Assembly (NCBI GenBank): GCA_965637545.1
Contig: OZ281494.1
Coordinates: 6,572,001-6,636,000 of the forward strand
Source: Phallusia mammillata
Lineage: Eukaryota
Length of the DNA stretch: 64,000 nucleotides
Reading direction: 5' to 3'
Shown here: piece by piece, positions 49,301 to 63,343 of the stretch
Position numbering within the stretch: the first letter of the stretch is position 1
Layout of the letters: the number at the start of each line of letters is the position of its first letter
Program-made: the position numbers and the translations under genes
The notes under the pieces: generated by a model
What the model was told of the DNA's origin: nothing
The model's input: the letters and a program-made list of their open reading frames with translations, nothing else
Database searches by the model: none

Positions 49301-49843
49301 CTGAAAATATTTTGGTAGTAACCACTGAGGTGTGGTGTGTATATGACAAAGATTTTTGTATAAACAAGATGGTTGACACGAACCAGTCGGTTTTTCATTT
49401 AAAATAAAGTCACATGTTGTCCCGATAGACACTTCCCATTTGGCCTTGCCTCGTGTGGCAAATCCTGGAGCATCGCAAAAGTAAATTTCCTGCATCGCGG
49501 TTTCAGATTCACTGAAAAAAATGGGAGAAATGTTGGGGCACTTGTCGTTAGGTAAGGTTTTTTTACGTCTTTGAATACTAAAATTACCACCATTGATCAA
49601 AACTAACATTCGTAAAGTTATGAAATTAGATTTTGTCGCGAATATTGAGCTTTACCTTTTATACAAGTCGAAATACCACAGATGTCCGAGAGATTTTGTT
49701 GATTTCCAGAAATCCACTTCAGTCCGATTTTTTGAGTATTCCACCCAGCAAAGAACATTTCTCCTGGGCAGTGTTTGCATCCACAAGGTCGTCAGATAAT
49801 AACAAAACACTGTCCTTCACTGCTTGAAATGTGTTTTCAGAAC
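46331..49843 (-). pseudogene. RPTP-B: lectin-FN3 receptor PTP paralog lacking all of D1 and half of D2, with a frameshifting deletion in the first lectin exon
   Basis: Exons paralogous to RPTP-A (lectin, 2 FN3-like, TM MIAGLVIGLLLLLLLIFVLVVLI, C-terminus DFDTYSNYK*). About 200 bp are deleted near 49730, and no D1 exons lie between 47130 and 46958. Confidence 0.85.
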
Positions 49844-52666
49844 CTGCAAATTTTTCTTGGTTTTGTCGTCGCGTAATGCATTTACCTTGACCGAATGGAA
49901 TGAAAACGCATTTTTACCTATGTTTACCTTTGAAGGACACACATTTAAAACTGGGATCAGACCCAAAGCGTTCTATTGAAGTCATTATACCGAATCAAGC
50001 CGGTCCTGGTCGCCTTGTGTATGAGAAGGCACCAACAAGATAAACCTAGGTCTGGTGTACTTTCGTTCATAAAGGTTTATGGCATAATCGCTGCTGTGAT
50101 AAACGGTTCAGCGCTGATCCTTTTTAGATGTTAATCTTAGCTGCCCAGTGATACCAACTCGACTCATATCTATTTGTGAAGCACCGCAATAGGTGCCCTC
50201 AGTTTAAAAAAACCTCAAACGTTTTGTCGCACTGGCAATGTCTCCTACAAAGCTGACATGTGCAGCATAAGTGACAGGCAACTGTGCTAGTGCTTTGATG
50301 TTCGACGATCTTAGAACTATGCCTCTCAGTTGGTAGAGCGGGTGACCCTGAAAGGCTTTTTTCCTTGGTTTGTATCCCATGGCAGTTCTGATATTTCTAT
50401 TGCCTTGCCATATGGGAATGTTTGCGAGATCGGTTTAATTCGGTATAACGCCTTTGATACGCCTGGCGTACAGTGATTAATCCCTGTTTGGTTTATTTGT
50501 TTAAATTTAAACATGCACATGTCCAACAAGACTTTGATAATTGACACTTACTTTCAGTTTGTCCCTGTAAGCAATAAACCATCAGCGAAAGTTCTAAAAA
50601 CTTGTTTAACCAATCTCCAGTCATCACTTGAGTTTTGGGTTGGCGAACAGATTGTGCTGAGCAAAGTACTTAAAACAAACAAATATTTGCTTTGCAACGT
50701 CATTTCATACTGGTTTGAGTTTCCAAAAGCGTTTGTGTTTATAAAAAATTATTGTGCTCAAATCGTCATTCACAAAAGCTACCGGCTTTGACAGAAAGTT
50801 TTACAAGTTGTTACACTTGTTTTTAAATCAACCAGCTCTTCCGTATTTGAAAATGACTGTACAAAGCTGCAATTCCATTTAAAACCGTAATTGGTGGAAG
50901 TCAATTAGCTAGTTCTTGTTTATCAGGCTACATCACCTCCACATCTTAACCGTACAACAGCCATACTCAATTAATGTTTTTCGTTGCACATCTCTCATCT
51001 AGGCATTTGGCACCGACCATGGCTTGTTGTTTTTGCCTCTAAGTTGTCGTCAAAATATATGCCTGTGTGTACGTATAGGAGATAATGAACAACGTTTTAA
51101 CTGTGAGCTCTGTTAGTAGAGCGCCTCCTCACAGCAGTTTCCTGTTGTTGGTTAGATCTGACTTGTCCTAAACGTTTCTTGCTTATTGCACGAAAATACG
51201 TACAATGACTTGGTTTGGAATATCTCATCTTGTATATGGTATGTGCACTGTGGCATAACTAAATCATTATTTATTGTGATTGTGTTTAAACCCTTGTGTT
51301 TTGTTCAAGGTAACGTACACCGACAAGGAACAGTCAAGCCAATATTATTCTAAAACAACATTACCTTAACGCTTAGTGCGGACAAGTTTACATCATGTAA
51401 AACTTTGTCAAGCAGAAAACTTTCGAGTAACAAAATAGCGTAACGTTACAAGGGCGTGGATTACTTTTTTCTTCTTAGATATGTATCAGATAAGATACGG
51501 GGTTACCACAACAACTCCATTCGTAATCTTCTCAAAAGAGGTTAGCGAAAAGTTCGTTTGTTTATTACAAGAGAAAGAAGAAATATAGAGAGCGAAATGA
51601 ACCAGTGCGGCTTTATATATATACCCCGGGTAAAGGCGTTAAATCGTATGCATGTGCTCTTGCGATTGGCTCTTGCACAATTACCACACAAAAACAGCGT
51701 CCAATCACAGCACAGGACAAAGCACAAAGCTAAATTGCGTAACCACCATATCACAAACTTGCATCTACATCCTAATTAACTGCAACAGGAAATATTTCAA
51801 AGTTCAAACACGATTTTACAATCCAGTTGAATAAAACTATTGCACCATTTGACTTTCTTGCGAGCTTTGAGCTAGCAAGTTAAAAGCAAGCGAATTACGT
51901 AGCTACTATTTCGAAATTTGCATAAATTATATCGCAACCGCTACAGTTTTAAGACAGCGGTTAGCCACTTACTTCGTGCCCTCCCGACCCTAAAATAAAC
52001 CTCAGAGCATATAGCCCCAAAAGTAATATGTAAACTTGTGAAACTTCAAATTAAAGTTTTTTTTTTCTCGGAGCATGATGCGGACAATTCAGGTGTTCAA
52101 GTTTGGGCATGATTTCTGTCCTTGTATATAGATTGGTGAAGTTATTGTGAGTTCCTACATTCACAGACAGCAATTTTAAAGTTGGTCGCATGGAAAAATT
52201 GATTGAAAAATCGTGAAAAATGCAGAACAACAAGAAATCAAAACATAAAGCAAAATGGGCATTTGCGGTTTAATACATTACAGAAACAAAAAGGTTTACT
52301 ATCACAAGAACAAGCACTTCTACGGTAAAAATGCATCGTTCATTACACGTTTAAAAAGTTATATAGGCTGTTACAAAAGTAAGGAAATCAATTCGGTAGG
52401 TGGACCGGAAACCCTCAACTATGATCTGATGCTAGAGAGTTTACAAAGATGCTTACAATAAAAAACAACACGTGCCAGTTTGACAATTACTTGTAGTAAA
52501 ATGAAGTAAAATGCGTTGTGGGTGTTACGTAGAAATGGCTTAAGCTTCATCATAACGTGTATACAAACCAAGAGTCTGTAAAAAGTCTTGAACAATGTTT
52601 GTTAAGCAACCACGTTTGTATTTGTGTTTGTGTTTTTTTCGGATTCACTTAGTCTTACTGCATAGT

Positions 52667-55600
52667 TTACTTGAAGTTTGAATAAGTGTCGAAATAGGAC
52701 AGATATTCAAAGACGACCGAGTAGCAGTATTCGTAGAGTTCCTGTAAACACATAAACATTATTTGAAGACGTAATTTTGTTTCTTACGTAAAACAGAACC
52801 TTGTTGTCGACCATATTAGGTCTCATATCTCTTAGGTCTTTCACAGTTCGGAATACATCCACCCGCTTTTGTGCCTTCAAACGTTCGAGAATGTTCACCA
52901 GAGCGATGAAGGTTCCAGTTCTCGTTGATCCGTTACTGCGATAAACAGCATTTGAACTTGATTTGTTTGGGGGATTTTGCAGCTTTACGAATAAAACAGT
53001 TTGGCAATGATAACGTCATTTTCTTAATCGGGGCATAATCTGCATTTCAGACAGTCGTATTTTAGACTTTTTGAGTTTAGTTGAGTTTAGTTCGCTTGGT
53101 AAAAGCACATATAGCGTCACAATGGCACTGAACAAGCCGGAAATGAACAAGAGCGTCGCAAAGTTGAAACGTTATGGAGCCAAAATGTGAATAGCACAAT
53201 TGGTGGATCATGACTAAACGCGCTGCAGCTATGCAACGTATGACTTAATGCGGGAATTAAATTACAATCGCAATTTCTTAATGAATTAAACTCATCTGTT
53301 TTTCACCTGCATCCTACCAATACACACTGACAATTTTGTTTGGACTTTAATCGTTGTATTTCCTCGATAATGTTGATGAAATCCATTTCTTTTGGGGGTT
53401 GTTCCACGTCACTCCATGCCTTGACTTGCACAAGTATCAATTGCTGAGCAGCCTAAATACGGAATAAAGAGTTTCAATGAGCAACACTACCTAGTATTTA
53501 CAGAGAGATTACCCTATTATACAAAAATCAAAAACAAGAAAAAAAACACGTCAGTTGTGAACAGCAATGTTGTTTTTAAGTTTTCAACTTACAAAGGCGT
53601 TGGTTACAGACCAAATGTTGACAGTTATCAGATGGTGAGCGTTGCTTTCACTCACATCACATACAGAAACAGAAATGTCTTCATATTGTATGGCTGCGTC
53701 GATTGGAATCTGAAAACGATGTATGGCATTTAGTAGAGGGTCCGGCTGTTATAGAAAAATGCAAAATGTCAGATTTACTTGAATGCTGTTGTCCAAATCA
53801 ACGACAAGTGAAGCTCCTCTCTCCACGATCATCTTCCAGAAGTTGTTTTCTTCTCCTGGAGCCGGATTTCTTGCTGCGATGAAGAATTCTGAAGAGCCAT
53901 GTTCCTGTAAAGCGAAACATTGAAGTAACATTTTCAAAAAGATACTGTATTAAATATAAGTAGGGCACTTCGCGTAAAAGAATGAGCCTGAACCAATGTG
54001 AAAGTAAATTTTATTTTGACCTGAATATAGGAAGCATCCAACTGTTGAATGCTTTGGCTTTTATTGTCCCAAAGGTTGACCACCGTGTTCTTGTCTGTAA
54101 AATAAAGTTGGAGAAATATTTTCAGCAACCTTTAGGTTTATTTATTCCTTTTTTTGAGCACTCGTAAAACGTTTTGTTACTTAAAAAAAAACAGGTTACG
54201 TATAATTTGCTATGTTGACGCAAACTAGCAAACGCCAGGTGTTACGCGGTGACGACGCATACGCGACCACAGAACGGTTGGGAATCACTGATTTACATGT
54301 TCGCAGGTGTGGGTGATTTTCCTGCCATTTCTCGCCAAATCTCCACGATGACAATACTTCAAATTCTTTGTCTTGCATTTTCTTGCTGCAACAGAAATAA
54401 TCTTTCAAACTTAGAAAGTTTAGCTTGTAGATTTGGCTTGAGTTAATATACTACCAACTGCTCACATTTCACTTGAAGTCATCGATTGTAGTTCTTGCAC
54501 ATCTTTGTTTGTTTTCTCCAAATTCTCACGTTCCATAAGCAGTTTGTAGACGTACATGTATTGATTCTGTAGAAATACAGAATTAGTAAAGAAGACATGA
54601 TTAACAATTAATGCGTTGCTAGTCTTAGTCACAACATATACTCTCTATTAAAGAAGCAAACCTGGATTGTAATTGAAAACCTGTTTTCTATTTGTTAGTC
54701 GAGACAGAAAACGTGCAACAACAGTTTACCGCATTTTGGATCATGTCTGTTCGATTTTCTCTCATTTTCAGAACAGTTCGAGGCACATCAACTGCTCCTT
54801 TGTCGTCAAGTTCATGAAACAAAGTGTCCATCGCTATGTAAGTACCTGTGCGTCCCACTCCAGCACTGCACATAAAAAATGTGTAATGGATTGATCAAAA
54901 TAACAAAGAAATGGTTTTACCTGCAGTGTACAATGATTGGAGCATTTGTGTTTTGCAAATCATCGACCATGTTACGTAGGTGGATCATGTTGGATGTAGT
55001 TACTGGAATCCCATGATCGGGCCAAGTTGTAAACTGCAATTGTGTTATGGTTCGTTGCTCCTAGATAATATAACGAGACTGTTGTGTAGAGAAAAAATAT
55101 TACAGGTAAATTTTGAATTTTTACACGTAGTTATGGCAACTTCTGTGATGAAATAAGTTTGAATGCAAGCAAAGGGAAGGTTTAACCTGCAGTATAAAAA
55201 AAGTAAAATAAAATGTCATGCATTGACTAAATTACAAGTCTTTTATGCATTAACGTGTTTTTATGGAAACCGACATTACCCAAACCGTTGTTTGTTATGC
55301 AGTTTACTTACTGTTGTCGTGGAGATGACGAACTGTCGTTGAACAATTCCTCCGATGGTTGTTTCAAGTTGTGTTCGGATTTTAAAGTTCGACAATTCGG
55401 TTTCAGATTCAACATCTGGCCAATATTGTTCACACTTTGCCTGTAGAAAGAGGTTTTCCATCAAAAACTGATATCTCGAAATAACTTTCTTTCAACAAAA
55501 CATCGGTTGATGATTATGAAGTGAAGCTTTCTATTTGTGGATGAATGAAGCTTGGATAATAGGGTTTCAGTTCTGGTAGAAAATTCGTCAGCACACGAAG

Positions 55601-58600
55601 CTCTTTGTACGGGAACAATTATCACCGAGTTATAAACGTATTGTGAAATTCAGGGAGGTACCGCACTTTGTGACGAATAAATTTTGCTGGTAGCATGGCA
55701 AAGTGGCTAATAGCTAGCAAATGTAGACAGCATGAAAATAGATCATCAACATTATCTTTGTGGAGAGCTTTGGCTGGTTAGTTTAGTAAGTAAACAGAGG
55801 CAACCTTTCCGTTTTCCACCATGGCAGTGAGCATTACGATGATTTTGGAGTTTTCCTTCCAAACCATCAACCAGAAATCGTTGATTGTCTCCTTCTTCGG
55901 TCCCTGGGTGGCGATAAACTTTCTCTCGTTATCGTAACCTGGTATATAAGCGGCGTTGATGTAATTGTTTCCACCGCTTCCTTGCAAAACCACTCGAGCA
56001 TGATCGTCTATTGAACAAACACAAGTTATACAGAAAGCCAATTACACACGTATCAGTTACATTGTAGTGAACGGTTAGGAGATGAACGCCATTCATTAGA
56101 AACTTTGCTCTGTTGTAATTATTACAATTGACGTTTTTAGTTTCCCCGCGCATATACATTAAGTTAAGTCTGCAATATTCCCTAAGTACGCGATAAAGTG
56201 TACAATCACTTTGGTGGAAAAACTATGTATAAGTGATTGTCTGACGCAGAGATGTTTGACTAAAAATGTTAACAAACACCGATTTCTCTTGTGTGACGTA
56301 ATAGTGCATCAACCACGTGAGTAACGGGTCTCTTAACAGTTGTGACGTCATAAACGTTTTTACCCGGTTTGCTTAAACGACAAAAAGACGTTTCGAGTCA
56401 ATCCTTAGTCATTTTCACTGTATTATGTTGGCGACGATGAAACAGAAACAGAAACAGAAACAAAGTTTGCGGTGGCAATGATGTTTCGTTTTTTTATTCT
56501 GACTCTGTTATGCGCAACCCAGCATCTGGGCACCATTCAATATTGATTGACACAATGCTATTGTATAAAGTTTATCCATCGTTATACAGTTTACAGCTTG
56601 CATCTAATAGCAACCAACACACGGAAATAAAACTAGGAAATTAAAGTGCTTTGGTGTAAAAATGCTGTTTCAGATTTTGATTTGTAACCAAATTCTCAAT
56701 CCAAACACTTAGAACTATTTTTAAGTACATGTGACCCACGTTTAGACTCTGTGTTTTGATACTCACAAGGGAAAATATTCTTGTAGCGATTTCTAACAGC
56801 ATTTTGTGGCAACTGTGACACGTCCCTTGTTCTTTGGTTGTTTTTGCATTGTATTTTGATTTTCTAAAATAAAATTTGGTAAATCACAAACAATGCAAGT
56901 AAAAGTTTTCCCCTACTCGTGGCATTTCGTTTAAGAGTTAATTAATCATGTTATCATAACTTGCACGTTGTGATTGTTTGTTAATTCAAGATTTAACCCA
57001 AAACTTGATGTGATAAGGCATCATTAGAATCCACTATTTTTCATCTAAACAGGCCACAAAATACAAAGTGACGTCATCATTACGTGGTATTTGACGTCAC
57101 ATCCCACGGTGTGTTGTATACACAGTATCAAACTTTCCCTGGTGTCGTTAACTTCCTCTTCATAGTTTACACAACAAACCTCAAATTCGTTGGCAAAGAG
57201 AAATCCCGACTCAGCATTTTTCTTGAACAACTCAAACAAGTTCGAATTCGACCCGGCGTCAAATGCAACGTTTTGGTAGACACCGTTTCCAGCTTAAAAC
57301 AAGTTTTTAATGAAAATTGACAACCTACTGATAAACATGGGTGCCAAAACCTAAAGAGAAAAACAACAAATTTCAAAAAAGAAACCAATAAATGCTCTTT
57401 CCTTTTAATTTGTGCTTTCCTGACATCTTATGGACGAAAAGGTTTTATCTCTGTGAAAAAAAATTACCCTCCCACATTAGTACCTATGCCTATGTATAAA
57501 CTTTTTGCAGTAACCGATCCGATAATTTACTCAGGTAACTCGTATCTACCTTGTGGTGACCTCAAAGATTGATGATTGAAAACTCCCACTTGTGGAAGTT
57601 GATCCTTGCTTGACCTGTAAACACAATAGAATGTTAGTTTCAGGTCAGTATTTCAACGAAGGTGCTTCCTTATATTTAGATATCCATTGGGAGTTTTAAA
57701 TTAATTCATATTAAGTTAAATGACTAGGTGGGTTTCGCTTCCTTTTTCTGGGCGATTGACTCACAAGTAACGACCGTCAACTTTCAGGGGAAGTTAAAAT
57801 CACGATGTTCCTTTTGATAACAATTTTTCTGACATAGACAAGAGCTACGAAGCAAATTCGCCTTCAGCCAAATCTGTTCAGAACAAACCTTTGTCTTCGA
57901 CGCATAAACATAATCATCAACCCAACAATGATAAGTAGCAAAAGCAACAGCACGTTCACCAGACCAGCAATCATTCCAGCACTAGTTGCAGGATTGGCCG
58001 TGTTAAAACAGCTTGGAGGAGGTTTGCCAAGAGTTGTAACTGTCAGATTGGATGTGATGTTTGTGTTGATTGAACCAGTAACTATGACCGTGATCTGTGA
58101 TATAAAATATTTTTGATTTGTTATTTGCAGCCAACTACGGCGTTGTTCAAATTTCAGTCTCTTTAGTTTTGGCACAAAATATGCTTACCTGAATATCATA
58201 AGATGTAGAGTAATTAAGACCTTCAATTAAAGTTGATTGAACCGAATATGCAACAGAGAATGTTTGATTCAAACCCTGTACTTGAATCTCAACCTGTATG
58301 TATTCGTAGGTAAATTTAGTTGGTTCGGTGCATTTTTTACGAATTTAACGCAAATAGTAACAAACAAAACTTATATTTAAACCTGTGCTAACAAATCGTT
58401 GTTGTTGATGAATTGATCAAGTCCAGTCCAACTGACAAGCACAGTTGAAGCGTTGCATGGAAATGTTTCTGCAGTCGTGTTTACTGCAACAGAAAGTTTA
58501 CTGTTTCCTTTTTAACAAAATTTGTAAGTATTAAAACAATTTCTGGCTCTTTCAAACTTGGGGTTTTTTGATCACTTTTCTGCACCCTATAAATTCAGTG

Positions 58601-60626
58601 CATATATGAAACAAAATTGGTTAATTTCACCTGCAGGAAAACAGCTTTGAGGGGGATTATCCGGCGTTTTTATTTTTAGATTGGATGTGATGTTTGTTTT
58701 GATAGAACCAGTGACAATCACTGTGATCTGGAATATAAAATACTTAACTGTGCTTCTTTAAGCCTTTAATCGGTTGTATAACAGAACATGTCCTGCAACT
58801 AATCGCAGAAATGAATTTTCACCTGAATTTCATAGAATGTTGAGTGAATGAGATCTTCTATTGTGGTCGAATTGTCCGAATACGGAACAGAGATTGTTTG
58901 GTTCAAACTCTCGACTTGAATCTCAACCTGCATGCTGTTTGGTTTCAAAAACTGATTTTTTTGTTTAATCACAGACATGCCTTTAACCTGTGCCGGTAGT
59001 TCGTTGTTGATGATGAATTGATCAAGTCCAGTCCAACTGACAAGCACAGTTGAAGCGTTGCATGGAAATGTCTCTGCAGTAGCATTGACTAAAATTCGAG
59101 ACGTTACAGTAAATGTTTACAAAAGTTAAATAGGGTCACGAGGTCACGAGATTACGAATTACTTAACTTAAACAAAACATTTCACACAAACATTTTATAT
59201 AGCATTCAATATGTATTTTTATTTGGCTTTAAAAGTTAGTAATTATTTACATTTCACTTGACAAGCATAGTAAGCCGGATCACCACTACAGTTCATGCTT
59301 GACTGCTCCCATCTGATCCCATAATGCAACACTCCATGCTGGCAAGTTGTAACGTTGGAAACAGGAAAGTTTGCCAGGGATCCGTCGCTCCAATGCCAAC
59401 CATTTAACGACGTGTTGTAACGAGCCCCAACAAACACGTTAACTTCTAGAAATACGGTAAATGCTTTTTAACATGAGGTAGAAGTTGTACGTTTTAAGGC
59501 CACGCGTTCACCTGGTGCCAGGAACGATCCATCATAATTGATGAAGCTTTCAAACGATTCATTGATTTTTCGCAATTTGCTTCCATGCATTTCACCGATG
59601 CTTTCATAAATAAATATTTGTTTTTGGCGTTTGGTTGTTTTAGTGTCGGAAAATAAAGAATATCGTAATGACCATCCTGCAAATGTTTGTAAGTCCAATC
59701 AAAGACATTAAAAAAAGATTTTGTTGTCATCGATTAAAAGCTAAAACCTGACAAACCTAAACCATAAACAGTAGAAATAAGTTTTAGTTTGAATATATTA
59801 TTGTGATCCAATCCGAGTTGTTGATCTAAATGCGCGCTAACCAACCGTTCCAATTTCCATTGTCGTCTTCGCGTGCACAATTTTTTCCAATGTTCACTTT
59901 CCACTTCTCCTTATTTCTGTCTTTCCATGCCTCACAAATGTAAATTGATTCCGTCGTGTTTTCAGTATTCCTGTTCAACATAATTAGGTTTAATTGATAG
60001 TGACAAATTTGTAAGCATCTGTTTTTCACCTTTTGTACAAGTCGAAATACCATAGATGTCCGAGAGATTTTGTATTTTTCCAGAAAGCTACTTCAGCCGA
60101 ATTCGTTGAGTATTTGCATCGTTCGTATGTTTTAGATTGATCATAAAAAACAAACATCCTCTGCAAATCTAAAACAACGTTTTGTTGACACAGGCAGTTG
60201 GGTCTTTTTTGCACCTTTGCCAACCTGCTGTGTATTTGTCTGTCATGAGTTGAGTGAGAGTTGCGTTGATCTGCTGGTCATCAGTTATTGCAAGATTTCC
60301 ACCCAGCAAAGAACATTTCTCCTGTGCAGTGTTTGCATCCACAAGATCATCAGATAATATCAACACACTGTTCTTCACGGATTGAATTTTTTTAGTGCAA
60401 CCTGTGAAACACCTTTTTTAGTGCAACCTTTCTGCAATTGTTTTGCCAAATAAGTTGTTTAACGCATTAATCGGTTTAGTTTTGAAATTGCAGTGTATTT
60501 GGCACAAATAATTCCAAAAAATGGCAATGTTAAATAGTAGGAGTGACACTTACATTTAGTTTGTGCGGTTATACTAAAGACCATCATGGAAATAATCACC
60601 ATCTTGCTAATGTAAGCCCAAGTCAT
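52667..60626 (-). CDS. RPTP-A: receptor tyrosine phosphatase with C-type-lectin-like and FN3-like ectodomain, TM, active-looking D1 and degenerate D2; possible lesions in the 5' lectin exons
   Basis: NRYKNIFPY, YINA, IATQGP, DFW-x-MVW, KCEQYWP, WPDHG, VHCSAGVGRTG, IQNANQY; D2 motif GCSNGSTRTG; C-terminus FDTYSNFK* resembles the PTPRA/PTPRE type; lectin exon GWHWSDGS..C..W..C..YACQ. A frame change near 60170-60220 and a TAG near 59826 need intron or lesion resolution. Confidence 0.85.
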
Positions 60627-62029
60627 TATGCCTGGTTCGTCACAATAAACAAACATACGGTCAATTTATACTTCTGCTTGCTGCTACCATTTGCTGCAGG
60701 ATATGTTATGTTTTAAAAAGCACAATCATCGAACAGTTAGGCTGAAAGCTTTTCACTCTGTTACTCCTGACAAGCTGAAGACCGTAATCTTGCAACACTA
60801 GTCAACACGGCCAATGTATTGTCACCAGCTGAACCGGTAAGACTTTTTCTGTCTGCAGCTTTTTACTGCAATCGTTTCAAATGATAAAGTAACTAAATCA
60901 TAACTACTCGCGATGCCAATTTGCTTCTGGACCACGATTATTTTGCAATTGAACCGGTCCTTATCTGTCCTGAAGCTCTGTAACTGATATTAGTTTATTC
61001 ACAGCAGTCTAGCTAAAATATACAACATTCTATTTGATAAATTTACCTTACAATGTGCTGTACAAAACAACATACACCAACCGCTTTTTTTACGCGACTC
61101 TTGTTTTTTGTCACCTTTTTTATCAATTTTACTTGACTCAAGTTTATATAAACGGGTGTAACTGAGGGGGCCTCTCATATCACAGATGATGGCATAAGCA
61201 TTTAGTATTTTTCGTCTGTTTGGGCCGCTGTTTTTATCATTAGGTATACAACACATGTACACTTTCTCATTCTTCAAGATGCCAGCTTGCATCAGGTATG
61301 CCTACCTATATTGCACATCTGCACAACTGACGGTACTGACTCTAACGTATTGCTGATTAGCTTTAATGGAGTTTTTTATATCTTGTAGAAATTAACGACA
61401 ATGGCTGAAAGAAAGAGCACTGCGTATGAACGCATGACTCAACGCTGCATGAATATCTCATCCTCTATTTGTTTTTTTTTAATTCCTATAACCTGTAGCA
61501 GCGGTTAACGTAAATCACACCAAGCATGCAAGAGACGGTTTACGTAATCAATTCCGTTTACCACGCATTTCCGCGAAGTAAGCGTAGGTAGTGTATCTGA
61601 CTGTGATTCATACTGGAACTTTGGTATTGTGAATGCACATAAACGCTAAGGGGAAACTCCTATTCAGAAACACTAAATTTGTAGGCTTTGCTTTGATCAC
61701 AAACGTTGAAATTGACTGTTATCCCCGTACTTTTCCTTCTGTCCTTCCTAGTGCTGTATGTTATACGAGTGTCCTGATTGCGTTTTTTCATTAGTTCTTT
61801 TGTTTATCTAAAAAGGCTCAAGACATGTTTCCACTTTGCATTTAAGTTCAAGTATTTTTACACTTTGGCTGCAGAAATACGTTATGAATTAACAACTGTC
61901 ATCTCGGTGTCCAAGATGATTGAAACAACATTGTTCTACAAAGTTAATTTATGTTGCAATGCAAATCAACAATGGGATTGAATTAATCAATTTTGTCGCT
62001 GCAAAATATTGTATTTTATTCAATGACTA

Positions 62030-62345
62030 TTCCTTATTTCCAGAAAACAAACCAATTGTGTATTTGACTGTCATGAATTAAGTGAGAGTTGTGTTGCTCT
62101 GTAGGTCATCAGTCATTGCAAGATTTCCACCCAGCAACGAACATTTCTCCTGTGCAGTGTTTGCATCAACAAGATCATCAGATAATATCACACTATCCAC
62201 TACTGCTTGCATGGAAATTCCGCAACCTGACAAACAAGCTAAGAACTGTAATGATAGTTCCACAATATGTTACAGCGGAGTACATTTTACATGTTGGCTG
62301 GGACGATCCAAATCATCACAAACACCACCCTTCTCGCCATCATAA
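62030..62345 (-). pseudogene. Relic of a third lectin-RPTP 5' end (signal-like exon + partial lectin exon)
   Basis: ILSDDLVDANTAQEKCSLLGGNLA is nearly identical to 60169-60378, followed by an in-frame TAA; no downstream exons. Confidence 0.75.
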
Positions 62346-63203
62346 TTCAAAAATGTTCTGCAAATCACTTATGTATTTAAATGCATTCCAATAGTGAGTG
62401 ATTACAATTTTCCTTGAAAAGTGTTGATTTTACAACCAATCTGCCACATAAAGTGTTTTAATTCATTGAATAATTTAATGTAGATTTAAACTGCTTTGTT
62501 TTCGTAATATCCAACACAAAAAAGACAAATGCAGCTCCAAAAGATCACATTTATTGATTTCCAGTAACTCGAAACATCAATCAAAAACTATTATTACTCC
62601 CAAAACAATCTACTGACCTATATTTCACGGCGAATAGACAGGAAAGTCATTTCGCCTTACGTTCTTCTGGTGTTTGTCCAATCAAAAGACTACTTAATAT
62701 GGTTTGCAGCATTTGTAGCGCTTATTATATTTGAAATATATCTAAGAGCCAAACCATTCACTAGATTACACATAAATCAATCCCGGACATTTGGCTTTAC
62801 TAGCTTGATTGTATTGGTGTGCAATACAGTTAGAAAATAACGAACAACACATACAAATGAAAAAGATTTTCCCGTTTAAAGTTGTTGTTCGTGACATGAG
62901 ACACACATACTTAGTTTTGATTTAATGCACATCCAAAAAAAATCTGAGCTTCATTTAATTTACAAATACGTACAAAGTGTTTCTAGTAATTTAATGTAAT
63001 GGTTTAGAACGCACAATATCACATTAATAATGACACAAAAAAACACAAACATTTTCACCACTGCTATTGCAATGATACATATTTATTGTAAAACGATTAG
63101 GTCATCGCAATGCTAAAGACAGACATTTTCCAGGAAAATGGGGGTGGGAACAATAACATTCCGAAAATATATTTTAGATGATCCAGATGTAGTCTCAATA
63201 ATA

Positions 63204-63270
63204 AAAAAGCCAGTTGTACTGCTACGAAAGATTGTGAAATACTCTTTCGTAGCAATACAACTATCTTTTT
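63204..63270. other. Long hairpin in the putative 3' UTR of the 63.3-64 kb gene
   Basis: Arms 63212-63231 and 63243-63262 pair at 19/20 with an 11-nt loop, extended by 6 more pairs after a 2x2 internal loop. Confidence 0.7.
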
Positions 63271-63343
63271 GAAATCTTTTTGAAAAAGCTATCGAAAGCA
63301 GAAACACAAATAAATACAAGCACATTCGAGTGGAAATCTTGGT

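Noticed and set aside
60999-61292. 97-aa minus-strand ORF between RPTP-A and the lectin relic
   Set aside because: It shows no similarity to the local families and no recognisable motif.
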